From NCBI RefSeq assembly GCF_052425735.1, contig NC_135764.1, positions 2,480,001-2,544,000 of the forward strand: a stretch of DNA of 64,000 nt, given 5' to 3'. This DNA comes from Oculina patagonica (Eukaryota). The notes below the pieces were generated by a model. The model saw only the letters and a program-made list of their open reading frames with translations. It did no database searches and was not told the DNA's origin. Both the position numbers and the translations under genes were made by a program. Positions 38,868-53,446 of the stretch are shown piece after piece. The number at the start of each line of letters is the position of its first letter. Within the stretch, counting starts at the first letter, position 1.

Positions 38868-40331
38868 AACCAAGAAGGCATGTCGGCAATATTGCTTTGT
38901 GATACAATAGAACTGCTACTTAGAAGGACATGGCATATTAATCTCCGGAAAAATTCAACCCTTCAATGTAAAATACGCGATGGAATTCCTGCGACTAGTC
39001 TCTTTCCAATTGTTGAGAGTACAGGGAACGGTATACGCTAACTGCTCTGAATTCCTTTGCATTTAAATCCTTTTGTATTTTGCCACACGGGTTTTTGTTA
39101 TACGGGGGATAATTTTATTTAAAACATGAGCTTTAGGAATCTTAAGCAGATTTTCTTAAGCTTATATATGCATGTCAGGAAGTTGCGGGCATTTTAAAAA
39201 GACGAAATGTTTAAATCCTTTGAAAGGTTTCACAACAGGATCACCTTAAATTTATCAGTTTAAAAACGCTGGGGTCACCTCTTAATCCCTGTAAGAGCTG
39301 GTTTGGAAAATGTCAATTGAAAAATCTGCTCATATCGTCACCCACTTTGCAGAGAGCGACATTGTTTACAATTGACGCATCAAGCGAGATTATCGCGTAA
39401 TTTAGCACTTACTGGAATTTTTAAGGGAAGCAAGTGGTTCTAAAACAAAACTGATTTTTTTCCAATTTGCATGCCCACAAGGTTGAGTATGAGACCACAG
39501 AGCACATCACTCATATTATTATTGCCAATCCATGATCATTGCCTACAACGAGGGCCGAGCGTAGGATTTCCTTGGGAATTTTTTAATCCGCTAAGAGTGT
39601 TCTATGGATGGGACCTCCCGCTCTCGCGGCATATTCATTAACGTGACTGACCAGTCGATAAGCTTCTTATTAGACTTATCCAAGTATCGTACCTTATAGA
39701 ATCAATAATATCAAATTTTATGAGCCACACTCACGCCAATTTAAGAGCGAAAAGTTAAAATTTCAGTCCGTTCTATCCATTGTTCCTTATACTTTCGAAA
39801 GAAACCTATTTAGGCTCACAAGAATTCACGAAATTTGTCTGAAAACTGTCGTCCGAGGTGTCGACAGTTTTCCTGTTGAAAAAAATACCGTTGATCGGAA
39901 ATAAGCTTCATGTGTTACTGCGTAGTGTGAAATATTTCCTGTATCAAAACCGCTTCGTGTGGTAGATAGCGTTAAGGCTATACGTGGCCAAAGATGAAGG
40001 TCATTGGTTCCTTAAGCTGTTTTAATTTCTGTTATTTTTCAAGAGTTGGGTAAAGAGGTGCGTGAAAAAGAATAAGCCCATTTGGAAGGAGTCATGTGCA
40101 TTATTGCTGTAAAAGAATATTTTGTAAGCTGGATTCTTTCTACGTTAGCCATAACTTTTATACTGACCCCGGTGTTGAAAGTCTTGAGATATATCCAAGA
40201 ATGTTAAATATTTTCTTATCACATCGAACAGTTATAAAAAAAACTAACAATTAGAAATGTATAAGCAACCATTTGGGGATCTTAATGTCAACTTGCGAGT
40301 AAGTTATTTATCGAGTTCTCTGATAACAATA

Positions 40332-40497
40332 TAGCCTGTTCCAGGCGTTCGGTTAGTTGGGAAGCGGCGCGAGGAACGGCGAGCAAAAAAATGGGGAGGG
40401 GACTAAGGCGCCCTCCTCCCCGCCCCCCCCCTTCCCTCATTTTTTTCGCTCGCCGTTTTTCGCGCTCCCCAACTAACCGAACGCCTGGAACAGGCTA
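40332..40497. mobile_element. Palindromic TAGCCTG...CAGGCTA element with perfect 9-bp TSD
   Basis: 30-bp perfect TIRs; TSD ataacaata at 40323-40331 and 40498-40506. Confidence 0.85.
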
Positions 40498-43400
40498 ATA
40501 ACAATACCAACAATCCATCCTAAATCATATTTAACTCTAGCACCTTAGGCGTACCGCTTTATGCGCCCCAAACACTCCATTCCCCCCCCCCCCCAAAAAA
40601 AAAAAAAAAAAAAAAAAATCGCCCGGACATCGATTATTAAAAGTCGGAACAATAAAAGAAGCAGTATTTCACAAAAAAAATGGGCTTAAATTATGAGCGA
40701 GATTTCGCAAAAGACTGATACTTGCCACATAGATTTCAAGTTCAGCTGTCAGGCTTACTGACGAAAGGAAAGAGAAGCTTGTGGATACCATCTTAAGTCA
40801 TATATTACGCGACAGTCCACCCATTACCGTACCAGTATAGGGAGGACTTCCATAAATGATGGTCGGCAATTTTACAATAAATCTCTAAACATATACTAAA
40901 TGTTAAACTAAAAAGAGGCTTTACGAAAAATGTAAGTTCCTTTTTCTGAGCAATTTGTTTCAACTGTTAAGTTCCCATGCAGTCGATCATCCTCAATAAG
41001 AGTATAAATATGTTTTCGTACGCTCCCCCTAAGTATTCAGTTAAAATCTTTATCATAAGTGATAGTCGTGGCCGTCACGAAGTACGTAAGTTGAATTGTA
41101 AAATCCCATCAGTTTTAAATCCCCATTGACATGTATTATCATGTGCTGACGGACCTACCTGAGTGCTTTCGTCTTTTTCTTGACTTGTTAATGTTTTTAT
41201 AATTTCCGAAACAGTCGGCCTAATTTCCCTAAGCAAAGGCATTGCCGATGGTTCAAATTTTGTGTTGTCATTACATGTGGCAGAATAAGAGGATTTCGCG
41301 GCGCGAATAAACGTGATTTGCAGTTTTCAGGTGGACCATAGAGAATATCCCTGTCATGAATAAAGAATCACGAACTTCATGAATCAGATGAAAAAGTTTT
41401 TAATTAGTTTTTGTACCCAGTTCATTTCTTCTTTACTTTTATTGCAAGTTCTGTGATAGGAAGGACGTCTCCGGCCAAACCTTTTCTCTCTTTACGTGCA
41501 CTGCATCATTGGTGAAAAACAGTATTTATACAAAAATATCGATTTATGTCAGCATGCATCAATTCGTAAAAATGTAATCCAATTTTGCGGAATTGGAACT
41601 TAATATCGATACAACCTATGGGGTCTCTGGGAAACATCAAAGTAAGGAAATCACTTCTATCTGTTCTTCAAACTGGCGAAACTACAATTTTTAGTCATTT
41701 CAGTAAGATTTTTTTTTACAGATTTCAGTGCAATTCACATAACAGCTCTCGTGCACTTTCTGTGTATGTTTTTCTCAGTTGCTAGCTATTATTGTACACC
41801 AATCGACTGTCTAAGTCTAACACAGAGCCAAAACAAAAAATATAGGAATCTGAAACTGAAAGTTTAACATTTCCCAATCAGGACGACATGTCGAACGCGC
41901 GAGCGACAAAGTTACAAGATTGATTCGGCGAGTGCAGCGCGAGCTTGCTCAAAACCTATGCTGGTTATCGCCGGACATGATTCAACGCGGTGGGCCTTGA
42001 AACATTCAAACCACAAAATAGGATCGTTTATAATCATCTATATCACGAGATATCGGCATGATCATGCAGTAAACAACAATTATACTTCACAGATGTCGCA
42101 TGACGCATTAATGAATTGCTTCCTTTGGCTCTATTATTTTCTTTATTGCCTTTTTTTTATTTTTTGCGGATTGTTTAATTTTGATGTCCCTTCTGGCTTT
42201 TTAACATACAGCTGAGCTTAAAAGTCACCCGGAGAATAAAAAAGCTGCTTAATGCGGGCATTGTCCAAAACTCCGAAGGCCAAGAGCAAGGCGGAGGAAT
42301 GTTTAGAAGTGGCAAGGATAATTGATATGTTGGTCTGGGATCAAAGGGGTTAATTTCAGCCAGCACGCGCAAATCGTTTTCTTTTTCTTCGTAATTAAGA
42401 TTTATCTTTTTTCAATTTGTGAAGGACTCTGCTCATATGTGCGAAGCTTTTCTTCTAACTCGTTAAATGCAGTTAACAATGAACTCTTATTGACAATGGC
42501 CCTCATGAAAACCAAAACGAAGATCGCTTTTTGAGTTCAATTTTCGTTTGTTCCACGGGTCTTCTTCCAGTTTTTATTCAGATTAAAGCGGCAGAAACTT
42601 AATTTATACAGATTTTTGAAAATCTTTTAGGCCAGCACCTTTGAGCTTGCTAAAAAAGTAGTCATTTTGCTGAAGTGATACAATTTGTTTGGCAATGGAC
42701 GATATTGAATACGCACATTTTTTCTTCTCGAAAAGAAATTTGAAAAGATACTTAGTAGCAATTGTCTTTAGGTGTGAGGAGCTGAAGTGAGATGTTCAAA
42801 ACGTTAACGATTTGATAAGTACTTCAGCTTTATTGTGAAGTTAATTAAGAAATCTATTCCCACTTTGGAAAGGGTGTAAAGCAATAAAGTCGACCTTTTC
42901 GCGCGACTAGCATCCAATTAGATTTGTCGCTTCGAACGGCTTTAGTTTTTTCGTTGTAATGACCGAAGGAAATTTGCATCGTCAAAAATCTTCTTTGTGA
43001 ATGAATACTTTTAGAGATTTTTAGTTAAAATAAGCATTGTCAGCCACATTTACAATGATATTATCATGATCATAGACGAGAATGGCTTTTCCAGTGATAA
43101 AGCATTGAAATGTTTCAAAATTTTAAGCATAAACTATTTAAAAGAGTTACTGCCTGTAAGTTAAGAGAATTGTTTCTGCTACAGCATGTTTGTGTGTTCC
43201 TTTTGTGTTTCACAAGGACTGTTGTGCTTTCAGTTTAAGCTGTTCTATTTTGTTCCAAAGATTCGCTCACAAAACATAAATATATGCTATTTTAAACTGT
43301 TGGATACGAAAAAAGAGTGGTTTAGTTGCATTAATGTATCTATTGATTAGTATTACAAATTCGAGGTTAGTACTAAATCTAAAGAAAATACCAGTATTAA

Positions 43401-45759
43401 ATTATGCTTCACCAGCTAAGGCAAGGCAAAAAACACCCTTGATCAAAATATCGATAGATTTGAACCATGCATGCAATACATCTCGATCAAATATTTATAT
43501 AGTCAATATATTTACCAGGTTAAATAAAATGTATTCGGAATAAAACTTGAATTTGTCATATAACAAATATTAATACCGGTTCATCAATTTCACTGTCGGA
43601 GACAGAATTCAGGCTTATGGTTGGCTGATTTTAGAAGATTTCAGTAATCATTGCGTCTTTGAGTTCATCCTGACTTAAAGGTCGCATAATATAGATAAAA
43701 ACACCGCCCCATGAAAGTTAACTGGAGCTAGACAAATCTAACGACCATACAGGAGTGGTTATATTCTGAATTAGCCCATGAAAATCAGTCATATCATAAT
43801 TGTCAACCAGAATCAGATTGTTGAGGCATTTGTGTCCTCGAGAAAGAATATAGATTTCTATGATATGTCTAAAGAATAGCTGTTTTAATCCTTTAATCGT
43901 GATTCTAATTGACATTTTACCGGCTTTTTAACGATTCACGTATTTTAGGTTTTAGTTAATTTGCTACTGAATTCTGTATTACACAGAGAAAAGACTATAA
44001 TGATCTCCATCGTCAACTTACCTTTTAAATCGGCTTCTATCGGCTCTCCAACAAACTATGACTTCGCGAAAATCCTAATTACCAATACTCGGAAAAATCC
44101 ATTTATTTATAATGAAGCCCCACGCTTCGTTTATTCACACTATAGATAGAAAATATATCATTTAAAAATTCACCCATTTGTGGGTTATTTCCGCCCTTTT
44201 GCGAACTTGTAAGGGCGTACATGCTGGAAAAGTTGTCGATATTTTTAAAATAACATAATTGTTGTTTGTCATTTGTTATTGAGAAAGGTTTTAAAGGGAG
44301 CCATTAGGTTTTTGAATTATTGGTATCCCGGTGAAATTGTTTTGTCAACTAAAACAGCTGTTTAAAGAAAAGATAGATTTTTTATTCACCAACTAATAAA
44401 GGCGTAAAACAAACTGCAACCTTATTTAACCTATACGAATCCTCACTGTTAAATAGAATTCAAACCCAATAGATTTTTCGTGATGGAACTATCACGAATT
44501 TTAAAACGGCATTGTTTATTCAATTTGTTCGCTTTCTTAGAAATTGTAAAATTAAAAAAAGCTATTTTCGACTTTCTTCGACCAGATTTAAAAATACTCA
44601 ATTTAAACAAATTAATCAATTGTATCTCTGAATCCTTGTTAGTGAAAACTGATTTTGAAATTAAAATCAACAGATTTAAAACCTATTTAAAACAAAGCTC
44701 ATTTTATACTCTCAATTAAAATCTCAGTCAAGGAAGGAATATTACAGGCTAAACGTTTTTACCTATTTCCAATTATGCATATACGTTTATCAAATATTTC
44801 ATTCGATGCGCTGCTAGGCTTTCCCACCGACCGATAAGATACACTAGTGAACTGAATCCTGTATTACGGACTCCCACATAAAACGGACGCTTTAATATTA
44901 TAGACAGAGTTTTTTTTTTTTTTTTTAAACTCCTACATTTTCACTTTTTTTTAATTATTCCACTTCTCAAAACCACGCGATGCCTTGACGGAATTTTGAC
45001 TGCATGTAGCGTGTATGAGGAAGATTTAGTATAGCTAGTGCAATATTTCCAAGAACAACAACTGTTTCTGCTGATAATTTAATTAAATGTCTACAAAACA
45101 ACAACTTGAAGCAGATAACGAGATTAAAAGAAAATCATCAACTTAAGGAAATTGTCTCAAAAATCCTCTAAATTGTCAATACTAACAGTACTGAGAAACG
45201 CATGGCACTCAGAAAAGAACTTAGGAAGATTAAAGAGAATATGAATAAGTAGTCCTATTCTAATGACCCGTGAATGAATTACCGTTCCTTATAATTAGCG
45301 TCATGATGGACATTAATTTGGGAACGTGGGTAATATCAACAAGACTGGCTGTCTCCATTTTTAGTAAAAAAAAAGGTCACGTTTAATTTTATTTGCCGCT
45401 TCCACCACGCACAAGGAGTATCGGAGGAATACTTACTTCACAGTAATGATAAAGAGCTTTCAGGCCTTTATCTTTTAGTTAGGCTATGTCAGCTGCCAAA
45501 AACCTAATTTGTTTAAGTGGTGGCTGCATTGCTGGAGTTTTTAGTGGGCGAGCACTTGAATCCCGTCAAAACCGCGGGCAAACAAAGAGGGCGGGACTGA
45601 AGAGGTCGGACGATTTAAATTCCCTTGTCCATTTTTCCACTCGCCCTTACAATCAAAACACTCTATAATATTCAGTATACTCGCTCGTCTAGAATACGCC
45701 TGCTGCTGCTGGATACTTTAAAAGTGGCTGAAAGACAAACCCGTTCTATGTTCGTATAA

Positions 45760-46530
45760 AGATTTATTTGAATTGTGAAACACAAGGGCACTCAAAGAGT
45801 TTTGCCCACAAACTGTACAGTATAATGGACAGTTAAGTAGCACATGGAAATACTCAGTGCTCAGTAGCCCACGTTCATTTTAATGGCCAAAAAATTGTTG
45901 ATCACCCACTTTTGTATAGTAAAACAAACAGTACCATGTGATGTATAAGTGAAAGTACGTCGCTTTTAATTTCACTTGAAAGGTTATCATTGCACATGGG
46001 GGTTTCATCTACAGACCTAACAGCTATAACCACTTTGTAGAGCATAATAAACAGAACCACATAAAAGTACTTCTTTTGAATTTAAACGCGTTCCCTTGAA
46101 TAGACACATGCCAGCTTTTCATGCACAGATTAAATGAACAGACCACATTAAAATACTGTCAGTTGCTTTCATTTGAATGGCCACACACGTCTGCGAGGGA
46201 GGCTAGGTTTTATCCACAAGAAGGAAAAGTTATAACCACCTTTACAGTATAATAAAAAATGGTGACACACTAGGGTTTCACAGCAAAAAGTTTTAACTAC
46301 CTTAAATTCAAACGCTTTCTTTTGAATGGACACACGCTAGGGTTTCATGTACAGACTAAACCTAATAAGCCGGACCACATGAAAATACTGCTCAGGGGTT
46401 GCTTCCATTTGAATGACCACACGCGGGTTTCATTCACAAGACTTAAAAGTTAGAACCACTTTGTACAGTACATTAAACAGATTAACATGAAAGTACTGCT
46501 CATTAGCTTTTATTTGAATGGTCACACACA
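45760..46530. repeat. Diverged tandem array of ~100-120-bp units
   Basis: Recurring blocks aaagtactgctca...tttcatttgaatgg.cacac...gggtttcat..acagac...accac.ttgtacag.ataataaacag; roughly 7 degenerate units. Confidence 0.75.
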
Positions 46531-49500
46531 GTGTTGCCTTTTAAAGTCCGTAGGCTCAAAAGGTGTTTTAAGCCACGTCATTTAATTCAGGGTTTTGCTG
46601 GCTTTTAAATGTCTCAACCTCTCGGCCGGTATCGCGGCCAGCAATGAGCACCCTATAATTACCTTCTTGACATCCCTTGCACTTATCTGGTTCTATTTTA
46701 GTTTTGTATGATTTCAATGTTTTATTTTTCGCCTCCACTATACTATGTATAATTTGATTTCTCACGCTGTTTTATTTCCTTTCATTTTTCTGTAGAAGCT
46801 TCTAGAGTGAGGGAATGTTGGCGGTTCATTGCTTTCCACCTCCAACAGAAGACCTTTCGTGAAGACTAGAATACGTGATGGTAAAAATTGGAAGCGTGCA
46901 TTTTCGGTATCAATTCGGCTCTGTTTATTTTTGTTTCGTCTTCAAAAGAGTACCCAAACAAATTTAAGCAACTTCCGGGAATGGTATGTCGTCATTCTTG
47001 TATAGTTTGCGTAAAACTGTGGAAATGGAAGCTATATAGCTACTGCTAGTTCCATTTCTATAAACTGTAGATATTACGGCTGTCTAGCGCAATCTCTGCT
47101 AAGTGATTTCTCGTCATTATGGTTGATCATTTCACTGTGGGGTTTCTCGCACGAAATCGTGAATAGCCGGCACGTATTCACGCTGAAAAAGCTTGAAAGC
47201 TTTTTCATAAATTTTAAAAAGACACCTTTTGTGACGCCATTTGAATTTAAGCTTTCTCTTGCAAATATTCATTGAAGTCCATTTACCAGACTCTTTGCAC
47301 ATAGCATAGTTACATTAAAACACTGTACGCAGGCCAACATTTTAAATAGAGAGCTTCTGGTTTAAACTAAATATAGGATGAGAATAAAATTAAATTGTAC
47401 TAATTGTATGTCTTTTTCGTTGTTCATTCACTTCGTAAAGGTAGCCGCACCAGCCAGTTTTTTGTAATTTTGGTTTTCAATTTGGCTTTTATTCTGATTC
47501 TATTCAGTCGGCATTTGATAAAAAAAAACTACTTTATACCTCGGCTGCCCGAATATTTAGACTACCAGAAGTCGCTTCTACCCTTAAAAATTGCCGAGTA
47601 ATAATCAAAGCGTAGAAAACGAGCGAGAAAATGGCTTCAATAAAGATTTTTTCGCTTTTTGCTCGAGGGGATTTATGGCATCAGGGATTTGAAGTCTACC
47701 GCGGAAAGTTTCATTAGATATGTCAGTATGTCCGTAGCTGGATTTAACCGCCAAAATACGCTGTAAGCTTTAAAAAATTAGATCAGAGAGTTGAGCAATG
47801 ATAAATACAATCTAAAGAACACGCATTTGCTAGAAACTCAGTTTCTTGCTTTTTTGAGTGTCTTTAACTTGTTCGATTAATTGGTTGTACTGAGGTTTGC
47901 ACAATTTCGGCTATTAAAGTTCCTGTCTGGCTTTTTTGCCTTTAGCGTTCAGTTAGCGCAGATTTTAAATTTTGCCTTCATTATGTCAGAAAATATGCGA
48001 AAATTAAGTGAATTGTATGCCCCTCAGGTAAAAACTATTCTGTGAACGCAAGGTTTGCGTGATGTCCTGAAAACTTTCCACGAGTATTTTGAAAATACTC
48101 CTCCACATATTTAAACTTTTGACGCACTTTTCTCAATTCAGTAAATTACTAAAAACGGAAAACATTTCGTCAGCGCAAAAATAAACATCTTTGAAAACTG
48201 CGGATTAACAACAAAAAAACCACCAAGCTGAAACTAACATATTTTTTGTTTAAATAGATACGAAGCCGTTTAGTCGGGAATCGTTGCTGAACCTAACAAC
48301 ACATATCAGTACAAACGAAACTAAATGATGGTTAAAAAATTGTTTTTTATTTATTTATTTAAACTAATAGAAAAAGAGAAAGGTGCGGAATATAGCACAG
48401 TATAGTAAATCAAATTTATTTTTCTTTATTTCGCTAGCTAACGCGACAAGGATAACTAGCAAAAAACTGAAAAAAATGAGCTGAAATCGGGCGGCAAACG
48501 TGTTGGATTAATGTGTTTTCTTTAGTAAACAAAGAACATTTAAAATTATCACCGAGTGTAACCTATGCCACGCCTCTCATAAAAAGTTTTATTATCTTAA
48601 GATTCAAACTTTTATCATTCTATAATTGATGTATTTTCACCTAGGAAAATGTGATTTTGGACAAAATACAGCCTATCTCTTACACTTTCTCTTTCCTTTT
48701 TTCGTTGCATTTTTCACGTACTGAAGTAATGGAGTAATCTCAATTATGTAAATCGCGGAGCTCGAGAGATATCACTTACCAAAAATTCGCAATTAAAATG
48801 AATTTTTCTAAAACCTCAGAAGAGAGCAATGAAGAGGGACAGAAATTTACAGTGAATAAGACATTTTTCCGTTAAAATGGTGTCAGGACGACATTTACCG
48901 TATGGAATGGAGTCATGCACAGTATTTGTGAGGTACAAAATTTAATTTATTTCAACAATTTTTTATATCGTTAACATACATAAACAGTATTTGTAAGAGG
49001 TCTATATAATCTATGTCCTAATCTGTTGAGGAAAGGTCAGCCTTGAAATTTTCCAAAATTCAAATGCATGTAGAAGTATTAAATGTACTTTTTATTATCT
49101 TCAAGCTTAAACTTTTCATGGTTTAAATGTTATCCTGACCTTCACAAAGTTATAAGTCCTCCGTAACACAATCAAGTGATACGATTTATATTTCCTTTAA
49201 ATTCCTGTTACTTTCAAAAATAAAAACATATAACATCTTCAGATCTATCTCACTTCAAATGTTTTGCTGATGAAAATAGGTGTTCGTTCAGTGACAAGAG
49301 CCCTCGATGATTACATCAGAAAATTCATGAAATGAGATCTATAACATAAACTCGAAGATGGGATATGCACCTAAAGTTCGACAGCATTATTTTAGGGCTT
49401 GGTTTTACTTGACGATAAGGAGTAGGGTTTGGATAAATTTATTTAAAAATTTATTAAAGGACTATTTTTTAACAACAAAGAAGCTCTTTAGTATACCTTC

Positions 49501-50607
49501 ACTGATTCAGAATTCAGATTTCAGTCTAAAAACACTACGTCAGCAAAGACTGATATCTGTTCTTAATAACTCTACATCGCACGAACGAATTTAATAATTT
49601 TTTTTGAAAAGGTTTAACAGTGAAATTCTTTACTTGAAAGGTATAATTTTGCAATCTTGAGAAGTGGCAAAAAAGTTTAACCAAACATTCAACAAAAGTG
49701 ACATTAACTGAAAACTGAAGGTACTTTAACATCGTCTAAAAGCGAATAATCAAGAAACAATAAAGCAAAGACGCCGCTTTTCTGATGTGCGGCCGCCGGC
49801 TAAAAACGAATTTTATCTTCATTTTTAGAGACAATTACCAAAATACACTGTTTTGAACGAGAAAAAACAACTAGTGTCTGCAAAATATTTTGTCCACAAT
49901 AGTGAGCTAAACAGTAAGGAAAATTAAAGTAGAGTACGAGGATGGTTTTTCAATATAACTGGGCTTCACGGTCTCAGTTGGCGTTAAACTAAATGAATGC
50001 ATACTTTGCTTGACTCACTTTAGCCGATAAAGAGGCGTAATGCAAAAATTCATTAAAGTTAGCGGCCATGCTAAGATAAGTGCAATATAATTGGTTGGAA
50101 AGTCAATTTTAAAATGAAAAGTGATATATAAATTAAAATTAACTCATTTAGTATTCTCAACTTCTCCTGATCATGAGTGGTTTAAGGAACTCTAAAGTTA
50201 TGGACGCTTTACAATCCTTTGCATCCGATTGGGCTCATTTCAAGTCTCGCTTTACAAATAATCTTACAATTTTTTCTTGTGTGTTCACAATCAGAGAAGC
50301 TTGCGAATACACAGCGGCTGGGACCGAGGAAATCTTTTTGGTACATTTTTCCTGCGATTACCATGGATTTTTTTTAATATTCGGGTTCTGTTGGTCACTG
50401 CACTTTTGCAGCAATAGCTAGTGAATGGCTCTAACCTTATTGAAAAGTCGATCATTGAAACAAGGCAATTTACAGAGGGAGAAATAGAATAAAAGAAGGA
50501 AGAAAATAAAAATAGTAGCTATACCCATAAAAAAAGCAATAGAAAGAACAATAGAAAAACATGGAAATAGGAAGCTTGAATTCTAAAGCCACAAATCGTA
50601 AAAACTA

Positions 50608-50879
50608 AGGTAGGTAAAGTCTGCGTTCGAGTCAGTAGTGGCCCATCAGGCCAGAGCTTATTCGATTTCCGTAGCATGAAGCGACTAGGAGCAGTTTTAC
50701 TTCCCCCTGGATGGAATGCTAGTCCATGGCAGGGTTACCCCCAGCAGTAAATTCGCCAGTACCCATTTATACACCTGGATGAAGAGTAAAGTGTCTTCCT
50801 CAAGAACACAACGCAGTGCCCCGGCCAGTGCTCGAACCCGGACCGCTCAATCCGGAGTCCAGCGCACTAACCATTAGGC
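50608..50879 (-). mobile_element. tRNA-derived SINE
   Basis: Minus-strand head gcctaatggttagtgcgctggactccgg...ccgggttcgagc (A/B boxes), conserved body and (TTTACC)-like tail. Confidence 0.82.
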
Positions 50880-51660
50880 AGGCCCGAAGAGGGGGGGGGG
50901 GGGGGTTCACAGGGCACCTGTTAGATAAATAAATTGTAAATTACGTTTATAAGGTTTTTTTTTCTAAAATAGAAAAACACTTATCACAACTTTAACAGTT
51001 GTTTTTACAACTAAGAGGGAAAATTATAATAATCCTGAATATTAATTCAAAGTAAACTAAAAATTGATAAAAAAAAAACCCACAAAAAGCATGACATAAC
51101 AAAAATATCTTCTCAAACATCTCCTAGCGGGGTACATGGCATAATCAGATACACGAAAATTATCTGAAGTTGTACTTATTGTTAACAAGCACTCGCCAGC
51201 TTTCATGACGTCAGTGAGGTGTCCGTTATAGGAAAACCGCCGTTAAAGGAAGTTTTAATGTATATCGATGCATCAATCTTGATCTATTTGCAATTTGTTA
51301 TACAAGATATAGATAGTATTTTTTTTTACTGAATTGACAGGAAAGCATTTTTTGCCATAGAGCGCTATACTTTAATTAAAAAAACATCTCTTACTGCAAA
51401 ATGATATAATCCTTATTTGGTATTTTAACATAAGAATTTAAGAAAAGCCAAAAACCTGCGTATTTATCAAATGTTTGAGAGAACCGGGTCATATCAACTG
51501 ATATTTTGAAAACATCAAGGCCTATTCCAACGAAAGCCAGTTGCTTTAAATGATCGGTCAAATTAAAACAAAGACGTTTTAAACTATTTGTAAAGTGCTT
51601 TATAATGAAGACCGGAATGTTTATTTTGTATTGCAAAGTTCATCCTTGGATTCAGTATCG

Positions 51661-51996
51661 TATATACACTGATTTATACCATGCCATAGAAAATACAGCC
51701 AATCAGAATACAGGAAAGCCGTTGTATATTCGACGGTATTCAACCCAACCTTCCCATCGTGCGCTGCGATTGTATTCTCGATCGACGAAATTTAGTAAGC
51801 GTATTTTCTATGGCATGGTATAAAATAGTTATACAACACTTTCTCGTGGTATACTATGGAATATCCCACTTGTCACTTGTATTTTCTCGGTATACACACT
51901 CGCCTAAAGGCTCGTGTGTATACCGAGAAAATACAAGTGACTCGTGGGATATTCCATAGTATACCACTCGAAAGCGTTGCATAACTAGTATATATA
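51661..51996. mobile_element. Non-autonomous element with ~120-bp internal hairpin
   Basis: Near-perfect inverted repeat at 51848-51967 (tggtatactatggaatatcccac...gtgggatattccatagtatacca); inserted in a TA tract. Confidence 0.65.
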
Positions 51997-52163
51997 CATG
52001 ATTTTTTTTTTCTTTTAAAATCACTCAAAACAAGAAGAAAAGTAACACGTTTTATTATATTATTATAAGAATATTTTCAGCGTCTTATGAAGCCCCAGGC
52101 TCAAAATATTATTTCTCCTAACTAATACCATACATTTCTTTTAATATTACTTCTGAGAATTAA

Positions 52164-53187
52164 GGTGGCTCCATAGGGTTTCTTGACCGCGCGAAGAATG
52201 GGTACGAAAGGGCGAGCTTGAAATGCCGGCAAATCAAAACAAACATGGCGGCTTCACGCGAGCGTGAAATTTTCGGCGAGAAAACGCGAGACTTGCTTCC
52301 TGCCAATGAAACAACACCCGTGCTTTCCTTTGTTGAGCAGATAAAAGAGTTTACAACACCCTAAAAAGGTGTTTACAACCTCCGCGGTGCTTCTGGTCGC
52401 TTTTGTGAAGTTCGTACGATCGAAAGCAAAAGAGAAAATAAAGAATAGTCTCCGCGATTGTGAGATACTTCGAACAGAATTTCAGAGATTCTGCTACATA
52501 AAGGATTAAGGTATGTCTCTAACTAACCTTGGGGTTAACAGATATTCGCACAAAAACCGACAACAACGGGGAACGCTCGTCTTTACACATCAACTCGTAT
52601 GGTTCGAAAGTTCGCGCATGCTCAAATAGCGATCTTGGACAATTTCTATTCTGATGACGTAATTGTTATTCGGGCGAAAATAGAAATTTTCCCCTTGTAT
52701 TTACTAGAGTTTCCTTCGGTGAAATTCCTTAAAATTTGGCATAGATGTGATACCTTGTTAACTGCCCTTTTTGCCGTTTTTTTAAAAAAATCTGTAAGCC
52801 AGTTTTTTTGCTTAGTCAAAAAAACACAAAATAACCAAAAACGCAAAAACGACCTGGACAACCCCTACTTTTTTTGTTTTTAAAAGTTATTTCTCATCAG
52901 ATTCAATCCGTTGGGAGAATTTCAAAAATTTTCACCGAAGAAAATTAAAGAAATTTAAGATCAAAGCCATAAAAACACCAAAAAATAGCACTTTTTGAGT
53001 AGATGCATGAAGCTCAAAAACAAAGGCCGTTATTTTAAAAAAGAATAATGCACAACATATTTTAGTCCTTGTTTTTAATATTTCGGCAGCTTTTATTTAA
53101 CTAGTTTAAAAAATAACGCGAAAATGATCTTTTGATGTGTATTACTTGTGCGCGCGCCGTAATATCTCAAAACCCTATGGAGCCACC
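52164..53187. mobile_element. 1-kb TTAA-flanked non-autonomous transposon (Kolobok-like), nested in an older repeat
   Basis: Perfect TIR ggtggctccatagggttt / aaaccctatggagccacc with TTAA at 52160-52163 and 53188-53191. The flanks join into a repeat resembling 16385-16490. Confidence 0.85.
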
Positions 53188-53446
53188 TTAAGTATTACAT
53201 CGAGACAATATCCCATAGTTGATGATTTTCTATTTTCTCATCACCTGTTTGCTTGATTTTGGACTTGCACTGGACACCTTCAGCTTGGGAAAATCTGAGG
53301 ATTTATTTGTGCACTATCTCTTCTGATTAGAGTTACATTATAGTCAAACTGAAAGATAAATTACAAGTTGTTTGAGGCTTTGTGCCGTAATTGTTCGTAA
53401 ATGTCTTGAACGGATACAAACTGAAATTAAACTATATTAAACTTAC

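Noticed and set aside
38940-39120. NF-kappaB-like sites upstream of peptide gene 1 (ggaaaaattc, ggaattcc)
   Set aside because: Only partial matches to GGGRNNYYCC; expected by chance.
45760-46530. CRISPR-like array
   Set aside because: Eukaryotic context, no cas genes, and the supposed spacers are homologous to each other.
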